Under the pieces are notes generated by a model. The model ran no database searches. It had not been told where the DNA came from and was given only the letters and a program-made list of their open reading frames with translations. Shown piece by piece: positions 20,017-30,124 of a DNA stretch of 64,000 nt (its first letter is position 1; each line of letters starts with the position of its first letter). The position numbers and the translations under genes were made by a program. The stretch is taken from contig JAJPHC010000048.1 in the NCBI GenBank assembly GCA_021325515.1, positions 6,742 through 70,741 of the forward strand. The letters run 5' to 3'. Source of the DNA: Acidobacteriota bacterium. GTDB taxonomy: Bacteria; Acidobacteriota; Thermoanaerobaculia; Gp7-AA8.

Positions 20017-21783
20017 TCAATGCGCCGCGATCCAGCGATTGATCCGCTCTTCCAGCACATTCATCGGCAGCGCACCGGCTCCGAGCACTTCATCGTGAAA
20101 CTGGCGGATGTCGAACTTCTCTCCCAGCTCGCGCTTCGCCTTCTCCCGCAGCTCGATGATCTTCAGTTGCCCGATCTTGTAGCCGAGCGCCTGCCCCGGC
20201 CAGACGATGTAGCGATCGGTCTCGTTCTGGATGTCCATCTCGTCCTGCGCGGAGTGCGCGTGGAAGTAATCGACAACCTGTTGACGAGTCCACTTCTTGT
20301 AGTGCAGTCCGGTGTCGACGACGAGCCGGATCGCGCGCAGCATCTCGTCCTGCAGCCGGCCGTAGTTGTTGTAGGGATTCTCGTAGAAACCGACTTCCCT
20401 GCCAAGGCGCTCGGAGTAGAGAGCCCAGCCTTCGACGAATGCGGTGTAGCCCCCCTGCTTGCGAAAATCGGGCAGCTCGGGCAGCTCCTGCTGAATCGAA
20501 AGCTGCATGTGATGGCCCGGGACACCTTCGTGATAGGCGGTCGACTCCATCGTGATCGTCTTGTGCGACGGCGGATCATAGGTATTGACGTTGATGCGGC
20601 CGGGACGCGAGCCATCGGGCGCACCGGTGTTGTAGTCGGCGCCCGCCGCCGACTGCTCGCGGAAGGGCTCGATCGGCACCACTTCCAGTTTTGCTTTCGG
20701 CAGGCGGCCGAAGAGCTCCGGCAGCTTCGCGTACATCTGGCTCTCGTACTTGCGATAGAGGTCGAGGATCTGCTCGCGCGATTTCGCGCGGAGATCGGGA
20801 TTGGCCTCGATCGATTTGTTCAGCGATGCGAGATCGTTGAAGCCGAGGCCTTTGGCCACCTCGAGCATCTCCGCCTCGAGGGCCGCGACCTGCTGCAGCC
20901 CGAGCTGATGGATCTGCTCCGGCGTCATGTTCGTCGTGGTCGAGTGCCGCACGCGCAGCGCGTAGCGCGCCGCCCCGTCGGGGAGAGACCAGACCCCGAC
21001 TTCGGTCCGGCCATGCGGCGCGTACTCATCGCGCACGAACCGTGAGAACTTCGCGTACGCGGGCAGCACGTCTTTGCTGATCGCATCGAGGAACGCGGCG
21101 CGAATGCGCGCCCTCTCGCTCTCCGGCACCGACTCCGGGAACTTCGCGAGCGGCATCGCGAACGGAGATTTCTCCGGCTCCATCTTCGCGATCTGCTCCG
21201 CCTGTGCGGCGACTTTGCCGAGGAGAAACTTCGGCGGCATGAGCTTGCGCGACATCCCCTTGCGCATGTTCGCTTCCGTCTGCGCGAACTGCTTCGGCAT
21301 GGTGTGCATGCGCGTGAGGAAGTCGTCGTAGTCCTTCACGCTCGTGAACGAGAGCATCGAGGGAAACCGCGCCGCATTGAGATGAAAGCCGCTCATCTGC
21401 GTCGCCGGCATCAGCCAGGGAGTGAACTTCGCATCCTCGATGTCGTTGCGGAGATCGAGGAGCATCAACTCCTTGTCGAGCTTCTCCTGCTCGCTGAAGC
21501 CGGTCGTGTCGATCGCTTCAAATCGTTTGAGGAACTTCCGCGCTTGTTCGACATTCGCAAGCGCAGCCGCTTCCGACAGATCGCTCGACTGGTCGTTCCA
21601 GCGCTTGTCGCCGAGGATCGACGCATATTCAGGCGCGCGCCGCAGCGAGTCATCCCACTGTTCCTTCAGAAGCAACTGCAGCGCACGCCGGCGCTTGTCC
21701 AGACTGGCAGCAGAGAGCTCATCGGCAGCATGCATCGGCATCGAGAGAAGTGTAGAGAGGAGCAGAAGAATTGTGCGCCGCAT
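20017..21783 (-). CDS. DUF885 family secreted protein
   Basis: Signal peptide; YHEGVPGHHMQ, EGWALYSE, RLVVDTGLH, PGQALGYKIG. Confidence 0.95.
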   Translation of the reverse strand: MRRTILLLLSTLLSMPMHAADELSAASLDKRRRALQLLLKEQWDDSLRRAPEYASILGDKRWNDQSSDLSEAAALANVEQARKFLKRFEAIDTTGFSEQEKLDKELMLLDLRNDIEDAKFTPWLMPATQMSGFHLNAARFPSMLSFTSVKDYDDFLTRMHTMPKQFAQTEANMRKGMSRKLMPPKFLLGKVAAQAEQIAKMEPEKSPFAMPLAKFPESVPESERARIRAAFLDAISKDVLPAYAKFSRFVRDEYAPHGRTEVGVWSLPDGAARYALRVRHSTTTNMTPEQIHQLGLQQVAALEAEMLEVAKGLGFNDLASLNKSIEANPDLRAKSREQILDLYRKYESQMYAKLPELFGRLPKAKLEVVPIEPFREQSAAGADYNTGAPDGSRPGRINVNTYDPPSHKTITMESTAYHEGVPGHHMQLSIQQELPELPDFRKQGGYTAFVEGWALYSERLGREVGFYENPYNNYGRLQDEMLRAIRLVVDTGLHYKKWTRQQVVDYFHAHSAQDEMDIQNETDRYIVWPGQALGYKIGQLKIIELREKAKRELGEKFDIRQFHDEVLGAGALPMNVLEERINRWIAAH

Positions 21784-21867
21784 TCGCGCCGGAGTGTATC
21801 AGCCCACGGAACGGGCCCATTGCGTCGGGCGCAAAATTGGCAATGGCGCGGCGACGGAGGATTCATC

Positions 21868-22515
21868 GTGAAGGCATTTCGTTTTCTGCTTCTCTCACTC
21901 GCGATCGTGGCCGCAGTACCGCTCTTTGCAGCGAATCGGGCGTTCGACCTCGACCTGAATGCCGTCTGGGTTGATCCGAACAGCAACGGGACCTTCAGCC
22001 GCACCGGCGCCAATCCCGTGAACGTCGACTTCAAAGGCGACCTCGGCTACGGGGCAGCTGCCAACATCTTCTTCGGCAGCAATCTCTCACTGGAATTCGC
22101 CGCCGCGCGCGTGCGGCCGAAGGCGAATCTCACCGCAGCCGGATTCAACAGCGGCAACGGCCGGTTAGACATGGTGCCGCTCACAGCGGTCCTGCAGTGG
22201 CACTTCGCGCCGAACGGCTTCATCGATCCGTACGTCGGCGGAGGAGCGGCGTACATCCTCTTCAACGACATCAAAGGCGCGAACGGTCCCAACGACATCG
22301 GCGTGAACCACATCGACTTCAAGGACGACGCCGGCTTCGCGGCGAACGCAGGCCTCAGCATCAAGGTCGGCTCGAACTTCGCCATCAACGGCGACGTGAA
22401 GTACGTCCCGATCAAGTCCAGCGCCACGGCGGTCTTCGTCACCGGCCCGAGCTCGAGCGCGCGGGTGAAGATCAATCCTGTGATCGCGTCGGCGGGAGTG
22501 GGGTTCCGGTTCTGA
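21868..22515 (+). CDS. OmpW-family outer-membrane beta-barrel
   Basis: GGAGG RBS + GTG; PLTAVLQWHF, PYVGGG, INPVIASAGVGFRF ending in Phe. Confidence 0.88.
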   Translation: MKAFRFLLLSLAIVAAVPLFAANRAFDLDLNAVWVDPNSNGTFSRTGANPVNVDFKGDLGYGAAANIFFGSNLSLEFAAARVRPKANLTAAGFNSGNGRLDMVPLTAVLQWHFAPNGFIDPYVGGGAAYILFNDIKGANGPNDIGVNHIDFKDDAGFAANAGLSIKVGSNFAINGDVKYVPIKSSATAVFVTGPSSSARVKINPVIASAGVGFRF

Positions 22516-22522
22516 ATCTTTG

Positions 22523-22565
22523 CCCCTCACCCCTGGCCCCTCTCCCCGCGTGGCGGGGAGAGGGA
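22523..22565. repeat. REP-like element, CCCCTCACCC family
   Basis: CCCCTCA-CCCCTGG-CCCCTCTCCCCGC...GCGGGGAGAGGG; second copy at 24947-24990. Confidence 0.75.
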
Positions 22566-22584
22566 TCGGGTGCAACGCGGGCGG

Positions 22585-24897
22585 TTACTTGACGGCGATG
22601 GCTCTCGCCTGCTTGATGTCGGTGATTCCCTTGAAGGCTTTCTCGATCGCATCCTGCAGCAGCGTGCGCATGCCCTGCTGCAACGCGAGATTCCGCAGCT
22701 CGTCGATCGGCGCCTTGTGCTGAATCGCCCTCTTCAACTCGTCCGTGCCCGTGAGCAGCTCGTGCACGCCCATGCGGCCCTTGTAGCCGCTGTTGTTGCA
22801 CGCTGAGCAGCCCTTCGGGCGATAGAGCATCAGATTTTCCGAATACGTGATGCCGGTCGACGGCCACCAGTCATAGCCGTAGACCTGCATGATCTCTTCG
22901 TACTCCTCCGGCGTCGGGTTGTAGGCCTCCTTGCACTTCGCACAAAGGACGCGGATGAGGCGCTGGGCCATGATGCCCAGCAGTGCGTCGGCGAAGTTGA
23001 AGGGATCGATGTCCATGTCGAGCAGACGCGTGATCGTCTCCGGCGCCGAGTTCGTGTGCAGGGTCGAGAAGACGAGATGGCCGGTGAGCGACGCTTCGAT
23101 GCCGATCGCAGCCGTCTCGTGATCGCGCATTTCGCCGACCATGATCACGTCGGGATCAGCGCGGAGAAATGCGCGCATCGCGGTGGCAAACGTGAAATCG
23201 ATCTTCGGCTGCACCTGCACCTGGCGCAGTCCCTTCTGCGTGATTTCGACCGGATCCTCCGCCGTCCAGATCTTCATATCCTCGGTGTTGATGAAGCCGA
23301 GTGCGGAGTGAAGCGTGGTGGTCTTGCCCGAGCCGGTCGGCCCGACGACGAGCGCGATCCCGTAGGGCTTCTGCAGCAGCGTTTTGAACTGCGTGAGGTT
23401 GCGCTCGCTGAAGCCCATCTTGTCCAGCGGCAGCGGCTTCGAGGCGGCGAGGATACGCATGACGACGTCCTCGTTGCCGTTCGCAGTGGGAATCGTCGCG
23501 ACGCGAAGCTCGATCGTTCCCTTCGAATACTTGAACTTGATCTTGCCGTCCTGCGGCTTGCGGCGCTCCGAGATGTCGAGCTTCGACATGATCTTGAGGC
23601 GCTGCACGAGCGCGTTGCGATGCGCTCCCGGCACTTCCATGAACTTCTGGCAATCGCCGTCGATCCGCAGACGGATGCCGCACGGATTCTTCGAACCGTC
23701 GGGCTCGACGTGAATATCGGATGCTCCGCGGTTGAAGGCCTCGATGATCAACTGGTTCGCGAGGCGGACGATGCCGGAGTCCGTCTCGTCGATTTCCGGC
23801 TCATCCGGCTTCGGCTCGTCGTCGAGCTCGACCTTCTCTCCGTCGCCGAGCGTCTCGATGATCTTCGCGAGATCGGCGCCTCCCTCGGAGGTTGCATCCT
23901 GCGGCTTCTCACCGTAGGAGGCATAGATGTACGCCATGATCTCGTGGCGCATCGCGACCTGAAAGTCGTAGCGCGGCGAGAGATTCATCGCGCGAATTCC
24001 ATCGAGGCGCGTCAGGTCCTGCGGATCATCGACGGCGATGACCAGCACGCCCGGCTTCCGCTCCACCGGCGCGCAAACGTACTTCTTCCACATGTCGGAA
24101 GGGACGCGCTCGCGAAGATCCTGCGGGATCATCTGCGTCCCGTCGTAGCTGAAGAACTGCGAGTTGTAGAACGCCGCGAGCGACTTGCCGATCTCTTCCT
24201 TCGGCACGCTGAAGTCCTCGATGAGGACCTTCTCCACGTTCAGGTTGTTGACGCGCGCGCTGGAGACGGCCTGCTCGATGTCCTTCTCCGAAATGATCCC
24301 TTTGTCGACGAGCCCGCCAAACTTCGAAGGCTTCGTCTGGCGCGTCACCTTGTGCTGGTTGTAGAAAGCGATGCCGAGAATGCGCGCGATCTCTTCCGCC
24401 CCATCTTCATCGTGATCGGTGAAGGCCGGGCCGTGACGCTTGTTGATGAGCTGCACGACGCCCAGCAGATACTTCTCGAAGAGGATGGGAACCGCGAGGA
24501 CGGCGCGCGTGCGGAAGCCTGTCTTCTGATCCCAGCGCTGATCGAAGCGGAGGTTCGCGTGAAACCGCGCGAGCTCGTTCGGATCGTACGCGTCCTTGAT
24601 GTTCACCGTCTTGCGCGCGAGCGCTGTGAAGCCGGCGATCGACGCGAAGGATTTCGGCACGCGAATCTCCTTCGGCACATCACCGACCTTCTGCAGCGAG
24701 TAGAGCTCCTGATTCTTGGTGTCGACCGCGTAGATCGTGAGGCGCTCCGCATCCAGCAGCTCGAGGATCTGATCCTTCAAAGACATGAGGATGTGCGGGA
24801 TCGACTCCGCCGCGTTGATCTTGTTGGTGATCGACGTCAGCTTCTTCCGATATTCGAGCTCGCGCTCGAGCGACATGGGAGGTGCCTGGACGCTCAT
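22585..24897 (-). CDS. GAF domain-containing GspE/PilB ATPase
   Basis: N-terminal GAF (GFRTRAVLAVP, GVVQLINK); ASDIHVEP, GPTGSGKTTT, LRADPDVIMVGEMRD, two CxxC. Confidence 0.93.
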   Translation of the reverse strand: MSVQAPPMSLERELEYRKKLTSITNKINAAESIPHILMSLKDQILELLDAERLTIYAVDTKNQELYSLQKVGDVPKEIRVPKSFASIAGFTALARKTVNIKDAYDPNELARFHANLRFDQRWDQKTGFRTRAVLAVPILFEKYLLGVVQLINKRHGPAFTDHDEDGAEEIARILGIAFYNQHKVTRQTKPSKFGGLVDKGIISEKDIEQAVSSARVNNLNVEKVLIEDFSVPKEEIGKSLAAFYNSQFFSYDGTQMIPQDLRERVPSDMWKKYVCAPVERKPGVLVIAVDDPQDLTRLDGIRAMNLSPRYDFQVAMRHEIMAYIYASYGEKPQDATSEGGADLAKIIETLGDGEKVELDDEPKPDEPEIDETDSGIVRLANQLIIEAFNRGASDIHVEPDGSKNPCGIRLRIDGDCQKFMEVPGAHRNALVQRLKIMSKLDISERRKPQDGKIKFKYSKGTIELRVATIPTANGNEDVVMRILAASKPLPLDKMGFSERNLTQFKTLLQKPYGIALVVGPTGSGKTTTLHSALGFINTEDMKIWTAEDPVEITQKGLRQVQVQPKIDFTFATAMRAFLRADPDVIMVGEMRDHETAAIGIEASLTGHLVFSTLHTNSAPETITRLLDMDIDPFNFADALLGIMAQRLIRVLCAKCKEAYNPTPEEYEEIMQVYGYDWWPSTGITYSENLMLYRPKGCSACNNSGYKGRMGVHELLTGTDELKRAIQHKAPIDELRNLALQQGMRTLLQDAIEKAFKGITDIKQARAIAVK

Positions 24898-24946
24898 GGG
24901 AAAAAGGATAGCACCCTGAGCATGCAGCAGACAGCAGGCTGGGACG

Positions 24947-24990
24947 CCCCTCACCCCTGACCCCTCTCCCCGCGAAGCGGAGAGAGGGGA
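24947..24990. repeat. REP-like element, CCCCTCACCC family
   Basis: CCCCTCACCCCTGACCCCTCTCCCCGCGAAGCGGAGAGAGGGG. Confidence 0.75.
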
Positions 24991-24997
24991 ACGGTGA

Positions 24998-26800
24998 CTA
25001 GATCCCAGTGACGCGGATGACTTCCTCGAACGTCGTGGCGCCTTCCGCGAGCTTGCGGAGCGCGGACTGGCGGAGCGTGCGCATGCCGCGCTTCATCGCC
25101 GTCTCTTTGATCTTGAGGAAGTCTTCGCCGCGGTCGATCAGGTCGCGCATCGCGTTGTCGATGTTGAGAATCTCGAAGATGCCGGTGCGGCCGAAGTAGC
25201 CGGTGTTGCGGCAGCGGATGCAGCCCGCCCCTTCCTTGACGATGATCCGCTTTCCGGGAGGCGCCTGCAGATTCAGCATCGTCGACTCCTCCTGCGTCAG
25301 CGGGCGATTGCGTTTGCAGTCGTCGCAGATTTTCCTGACGAGGCGCTGCGCCATCGCCCCGATCAGCGTCGAGGAGATCAGAAACGGCTGGATGCCGAGG
25401 TCGACGAGGCGCGTGACGGAGGTCGCCGAATCGTTGGTGTGCAGCGTGGAGAAGACGAGATGGCCGGTGAGCGCCGCCTGCACCGCATTCTGCGCCGTCT
25501 CTTCGTCGCGGATCTCGCCGACCATGATGATGTCGGGATCCTGGCGGAGGATCGTCCTCAGAGCCGAGGCGAAGGTGATCCCGATCTTCGTCTGCACGGA
25601 AGTCTGATTGAAGAGATCGTTCACCATTTCGACCGGATCTTCGATCGTCGTGATGTTGACCTCCGGCGAGGCGAGCGACTTCAGCGCCGAGTAGAGCGTG
25701 ACGGTCTTACCGGAACCTGTGGGGCCGGTGACGAGGATGATGCCGTGCGGCCGCTTGATCCATTCGGCAAAGACTCCCATCTCGTCTTCGTAGAACCCGA
25801 GGCCGCTCAGATCGCGGATGAGAATCTCGGGGTCGAAGATGCGCATGACCATCTTCTCGCCGAACGCGGTCGGCAGCGTGGAGACGCGCAGCTCGATTTC
25901 TTTTCCGTCATGCTCGGTCTTGATGCGGCCGTCCTGCGGGCGGCGCTTCTCGGCGATGTCCATACGGCACATCGTCTTGAGGCGCGAGGTGATCGCGAGG
26001 TTCACCACCTTCGGCACCCGCTGGATCTCGTGCAGCACACCATCGATCCGGAAGCGGATCATCGCGTGCTCACGCTTCGGCTCGATGTGGATGTCGGAGG
26101 CGCGCGAGTCGTAGGCGTGCTGCAGGAGGAAATCGACGGCGTTGACGATGTGTGCGTCGCTGGCCTCGATCTCCGCGCCCGACTTCAGCTTGATGAACTG
26201 CTCGAGGTTGCTGAGGTCGATTGCGCCGCGAGTGAGATCGCGTCCGGCCTTCGTGACGGCAGCACGGAATCCGTACTGCTCGTTGATCACGCCCATGATG
26301 TCGCTCTCGGCGGAGACGACGACCTCGAAGTCCTGGCGAGTCAGCTCGCGATACGAGTCGATCGAGTTGCGGTCGAATGGATTGACGACCGCGACCACCA
26401 GCTTGCCATCGCGGATCGCGACGGGAACCATCTGATTCTTCCGGGCGAAGGGGCGGGAGATCTTCGCCTCGATCATCTCCATGTCCAGCTTGAGAGGATC
26501 GATCTTGAAGAAGGGAAGCTTCGCCTCTTCCGCGATCAGGCGCGCGAGAAGAAAGTCGTCGATGCGGGTGCCGCTGCCGGACGCGTCGGTGAGGTTCATC
26601 GCCACCAGCGCCTTGAACGGACTCGCATCCTCCTCCGAACGCCCCTTCGATCCGCGGGCGTGGTACTGCGCCTGCTTGCTGAGGTTGTCGACTTCGAACT
26701 TCTGCTTGTCGTCGATGAACCCCGCGTTACGCAGGAGCTCGCCGAGATACGAGATCGTGATCTCGCGCGACTTGACGTGAGAAGCCGGGCTGACAGTCAT
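24998..26800 (-). CDS. GspE/PulE/PilB family ATPase
   Basis: ASDIHIEP, GPTGSGKTVT, LRQDPDIIMVGEIRD, CDDC/CIRC. Confidence 0.93.
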   Translation of the reverse strand: MTVSPASHVKSREITISYLGELLRNAGFIDDKQKFEVDNLSKQAQYHARGSKGRSEEDASPFKALVAMNLTDASGSGTRIDDFLLARLIAEEAKLPFFKIDPLKLDMEMIEAKISRPFARKNQMVPVAIRDGKLVVAVVNPFDRNSIDSYRELTRQDFEVVVSAESDIMGVINEQYGFRAAVTKAGRDLTRGAIDLSNLEQFIKLKSGAEIEASDAHIVNAVDFLLQHAYDSRASDIHIEPKREHAMIRFRIDGVLHEIQRVPKVVNLAITSRLKTMCRMDIAEKRRPQDGRIKTEHDGKEIELRVSTLPTAFGEKMVMRIFDPEILIRDLSGLGFYEDEMGVFAEWIKRPHGIILVTGPTGSGKTVTLYSALKSLASPEVNITTIEDPVEMVNDLFNQTSVQTKIGITFASALRTILRQDPDIIMVGEIRDEETAQNAVQAALTGHLVFSTLHTNDSATSVTRLVDLGIQPFLISSTLIGAMAQRLVRKICDDCKRNRPLTQEESTMLNLQAPPGKRIIVKEGAGCIRCRNTGYFGRTGIFEILNIDNAMRDLIDRGEDFLKIKETAMKRGMRTLRQSALRKLAEGATTFEEVIRVTGI

Positions 26801-26857
26801 GATGATCGTGGGAACGCGCTGAGAACGTGATTCTACTCCGACAGAGAGAGCCTCCGC

Positions 26858-28051
26858 TCACCGCACTTCGATGAGAAATCCTTTCAGATACTCCCCTTCC
26901 GGCGCGAACAACGAGACGGGATGATCGCGCCCGGCCGTCAGCCGCGCGACGAACGAGGCGCGGCGGCCGGCATCGAGCGCCGCGGAGAAGATCACTTTCT
27001 GAAAGAGATCGAGATCCATGTGGCCGCTGCACGAGAACGTCATCAGCAATCGGCCCGGCGCGACGAGCTTCATCGCGTAGAGATTCACATCCTTGTATCC
27101 GCGCGCCGCGCGCTCGACTTCGCCGCGCGACTTCGCGAACGCAGGCGGATCGCAGACGACGAGCTCGTATTGTTCCTTCGCCGCGGCGCGCTCGCGCACG
27201 ACGCTGAAGGCATCGCCGGTCGTGAATCGGCCCTCGACTCCGTTGAGCTCATGATTGCGCTTCGCGAGCGCGATCGCCCCCTCGGACACGTCGACGTTCT
27301 CGACCTCGCGCGCGCCTCCCGCCGCGGCGTAGACGCCGAAGCCACCGGTGTACGAGAAGAGATTGAGCACGCGCCGTCCCGACGCGACCGCACGCGCCAG
27401 CGCACGATTCTCCCGCTGATCGAGGAAGAATCCCGTCTTCTGTCCAGACGCCGGCTCCACGATGAACTGCAGGCCGTTCTCGCGGATGGTGGTCTGGCAC
27501 TCCCCTTCACCACTCCATTCAGGCTCGAGCGGCAGGCGTTCGATCTTCCGCGCCGGAAGATCGTTCTTGAAGTAGATGCCGCGCGGCTTCAGCTCTTCGC
27601 GCAATACATCGGCGATGAGTGGGCGCAGGCGCTCCAGCCCATGATTCGCAATCTCGACGACGAGCAGATCGTCGTAGCGATCGACCACCAGTCCGCTGAG
27701 GTCGTCGCCCTCGGCGTGAATGAGCCGCGCCGCGTTCGTGTCGTGCGCGAGGATCGATCGCCGCCGCGCGATCGCCGCCGCGATGCGTGCCCGCAGCAGC
27801 TCCGGCGTCAGCTCTTCGTCGCCGAACGTCAGCGCGCGCATCCGGATCTGCGAGTGCGGTGAATGCAGCCCCGACGCGATGCGCGTGCCGCGCACGTCGT
27901 AGAGATCCGCGAGCGCTGCATCGTCCGGCCCGCTCTCGCGGCCGATCGCACCCGCAAAGATCCACGGATGCCGGTTCGCCGCAACGCGCTCCTTCCCCTG
28001 CCTGAGCGTCAACTGCTTCCGCCGCGATGCGGCAAACCATTCATCACTCAT
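26858..28051 (-). CDS. rlmI: 23S rRNA m5C1962 methyltransferase RlmI-like; start uncertain
   Basis: HPWIF (PUA), GQKTGFFLDQRENR, LNLFSYTGGF, DPPAF, SCS, YLK. Confidence 0.88.
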   Translation of the reverse strand: MSDEWFAASRRKQLTLRQGKERVAANRHPWIFAGAIGRESGPDDAALADLYDVRGTRIASGLHSPHSQIRMRALTFGDEELTPELLRARIAAAIARRRSILAHDTNAARLIHAEGDDLSGLVVDRYDDLLVVEIANHGLERLRPLIADVLREELKPRGIYFKNDLPARKIERLPLEPEWSGEGECQTTIRENGLQFIVEPASGQKTGFFLDQRENRALARAVASGRRVLNLFSYTGGFGVYAAAGGAREVENVDVSEGAIALAKRNHELNGVEGRFTTGDAFSVVRERAAAKEQYELVVCDPPAFAKSRGEVERAARGYKDVNLYAMKLVAPGRLLMTFSCSGHMDLDLFQKVIFSAALDAGRRASFVARLTAGRDHPVSLFAPEGEYLKGFLIEVR

Positions 28052-28089
28052 CACTCATCTCTCATCACTCATCACTCGTCACTCGTCAC
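28041..28089. repeat. Heptamer tandem repeat, 7x TC(A/G)TC(A/T)C
   Basis: Read directly; lies between divergent genes. Confidence 0.9.
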
Positions 28090-28108
28090 TACCCTTATAA
28101 TCCCCGCG

Positions 28109-28609
28109 ATGTCCCCAGCGCAGAAGCGACAGTTCCATACGCAATGTCAGGAAGAAGTCTACCGGCAGGTGAAGTCGTACCTCGACGAGCTCGTCGACGA
28201 ACACTTCGATGATGCCGAGCACTGCGACTTCTATCTCAAATACGGCTCGACCGTGCTCGAGATCTCGATCCACCCCTATCAGGAAGATGACGCGGTGATC
28301 GAGATTCTCGCGTTCTGCGTGCAGGGCGTCGAACCGACTGCCGAGCTGATGGAGGAGCTCCTCCGGCTCAACTCCGAGGTCGTCCTCGGCGCCTTCAGCC
28401 TCGTCGGCAGCGACGTCTTCTTCTCCCACTCGTTCCTCGGCCGCCGCCTGCGTCCGGAACAATTGATCGCCTCGCTCGACATCGTGGCCAACGTGTCGGA
28501 CGAATATGACGAACAGATCGTCGAGGCGTTCGGCGGCGAAACCGCACTCGAGCGTTTGCGCCACGAGACAGGACGCCAGGCGCCGAAGCGTGACGCGGAT
28601 CGCAACTGA
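28109..28609 (+). CDS. YbjN/T3SS-chaperone-fold protein
   Basis: YGST...ELLRLNSEVVLGAF...DEYDEQIVEAFGG; TATAAT 7 nt before the ATG. Confidence 0.8.
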   Translation: MSPAQKRQFHTQCQEEVYRQVKSYLDELVDEHFDDAEHCDFYLKYGSTVLEISIHPYQEDDAVIEILAFCVQGVEPTAELMEELLRLNSEVVLGAFSLVGSDVFFSHSFLGRRLRPEQLIASLDIVANVSDEYDEQIVEAFGGETALERLRHETGRQAPKRDADRN

Positions 28610-28656
28610 TGGCGGCAAACGGGCTCACGGCACAGCCATTGCTCCAGGGTAGGTGC

Positions 28657-29226
28657 ATGAAGACCCTCCTCACCTGCCTTGCAGCGGCGCTGACGCTGAT
28701 GTCGTGCAACGGCGGACGCGAGAGTCACGCCGAACAGCGGGCGCCGAAGAAGACGATCGTCACCGCCACATCGCCGGCGCCGCCGCCGCCCACGGTCGAT
28801 GTTCGGCAGCAATTGAAATCCATCAGTCCCGCGATTCCTCTCTACGCCGGCGCGGCGTATCGCGATGACCTGACGCGCCGCGATTCCGTGATGATCCGCG
28901 GCCAGTACGGACCGAACGCCGAGGTGTACACGATGTCGACCGACGACTCGTTCCCTCAGGTGTATCACTACTACGTGACGTACCTCGGGCAATTCCGCGC
29001 GTGGCAACCGCAGGCGCCGTTACCTGCGGAACAGCAGAACTGGCGCACGCTGGAAGTGCCGTTGAATCAGGCGATGCAGGATCCGTTCATCCCCGGCGAC
29101 ACGATTCCGCCCGGCGGCAAGCAGGTCACGCTGCAGGTGTCCGAGACGGAAGCCGAGCCGCACACCGTGATCCGTTACATCGTGACGCCGGCAGCAGCGG
29201 CGCCGGTGCAGACGGCGTCGAAGTAG
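28657..29226 (+). CDS. Hypothetical lipoprotein
   Basis: MKTLLTCLAAALTLMSC lipobox. Confidence 0.75.
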   Translation: MKTLLTCLAAALTLMSCNGGRESHAEQRAPKKTIVTATSPAPPPPTVDVRQQLKSISPAIPLYAGAAYRDDLTRRDSVMIRGQYGPNAEVYTMSTDDSFPQVYHYYVTYLGQFRAWQPQAPLPAEQQNWRTLEVPLNQAMQDPFIPGDTIPPGGKQVTLQVSETEAEPHTVIRYIVTPAAAAPVQTASK

Positions 29227-29287
29227 ACGCAGACAGCAGGGAATCGCGTCGTCTCCTGCTGCCTGAAACGCAGGATAAACTCACACC

Positions 29288-30124
29288 ATGTATCCCTTCC
29301 GCCGCATCATCATTCCGACTGATTTCTCGACGGCGTCGGAATGGGTGTTCGATGATGCGATCCGCTTCGCCGGACTCACCGGTGCGGAGCTGATCATCCT
29401 GCACATCCGGATGACGCATCGCTCGCAGCCGGATCAACTCCGCTTGCCCGCCGATCCGTCGCTCTATCAGTATGCGGAGGAGTATGAGCTGCAGGCGTTG
29501 CGCAACCGCGTGCAGCGGGCGAATGCGACCATTCCGACGCGGCTCGTCGTTCGGCAGGCTCCTGATCCCGGCGCGGAGGTGTGCCGCGCCGCCGCCGGCG
29601 AGCAGGCGGACCTGATCGTGATTGCGACTCACGCGCGGCATCACGTCGCGCACCTCATCATCGGCTCCACGACCATGAACGTCATCAGCACGCCGCCCGC
29701 GCCGGTGCTCGCCATTCGCTACGGAACGAAGAAGCGGACGGCATTCCGTCGCTTCCTGATCCCCGTCCGGCCGCAGCAGACGCCGCGCGCGGTGGAGAAT
29801 CTCGCGAGTGCCATGGCGGCGCATCTCAACGCGGAGCTGCACCTCGTCAGCGTCTGCGAGAAGAAGGACCACGCCGGTGCAGCGGAGCACCTCCGGGAGC
29901 TTGCCGCGGCGCTGAAGACTCCGGTGATCACGACGGTGATCGAAGGCGATGACGTCGAGAAGCAGATCTGCCGCCAGGCGGAGAAGATCGACGCAGACAT
30001 CATCTTTCTGAACGCGAGCGGCGAGCCGGGGCCCGTGAAGCGCGACATCATCCGCAGCGCGGGCGTTCCGGTGATGATCGTGCCCGATCAGGCGGCAGGA
30101 CAGAGCGCCGATGCAGATTCGTGA
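29288..30124 (+). CDS. Universal stress protein (tandem USP domains)
   Basis: IIIPTDFS, ADLIVIATH, IGSTT, PVLAI. Confidence 0.92.
   Translation: MYPFRRIIIPTDFSTASEWVFDDAIRFAGLTGAELIILHIRMTHRSQPDQLRLPADPSLYQYAEEYELQALRNRVQRANATIPTRLVVRQAPDPGAEVCRAAAGEQADLIVIATHARHHVAHLIIGSTTMNVISTPPAPVLAIRYGTKKRTAFRRFLIPVRPQQTPRAVENLASAMAAHLNAELHLVSVCEKKDHAGAAEHLRELAAALKTPVITTVIEGDDVEKQICRQAEKIDADIIFLNASGEPGPVKRDIIRSAGVPVMIVPDQAAGQSADADS

Noticed and set aside
28109-28609. Type III secretion system
   Set aside because: YbjN-like chaperone fold only; no T3SS apparatus genes in the window.
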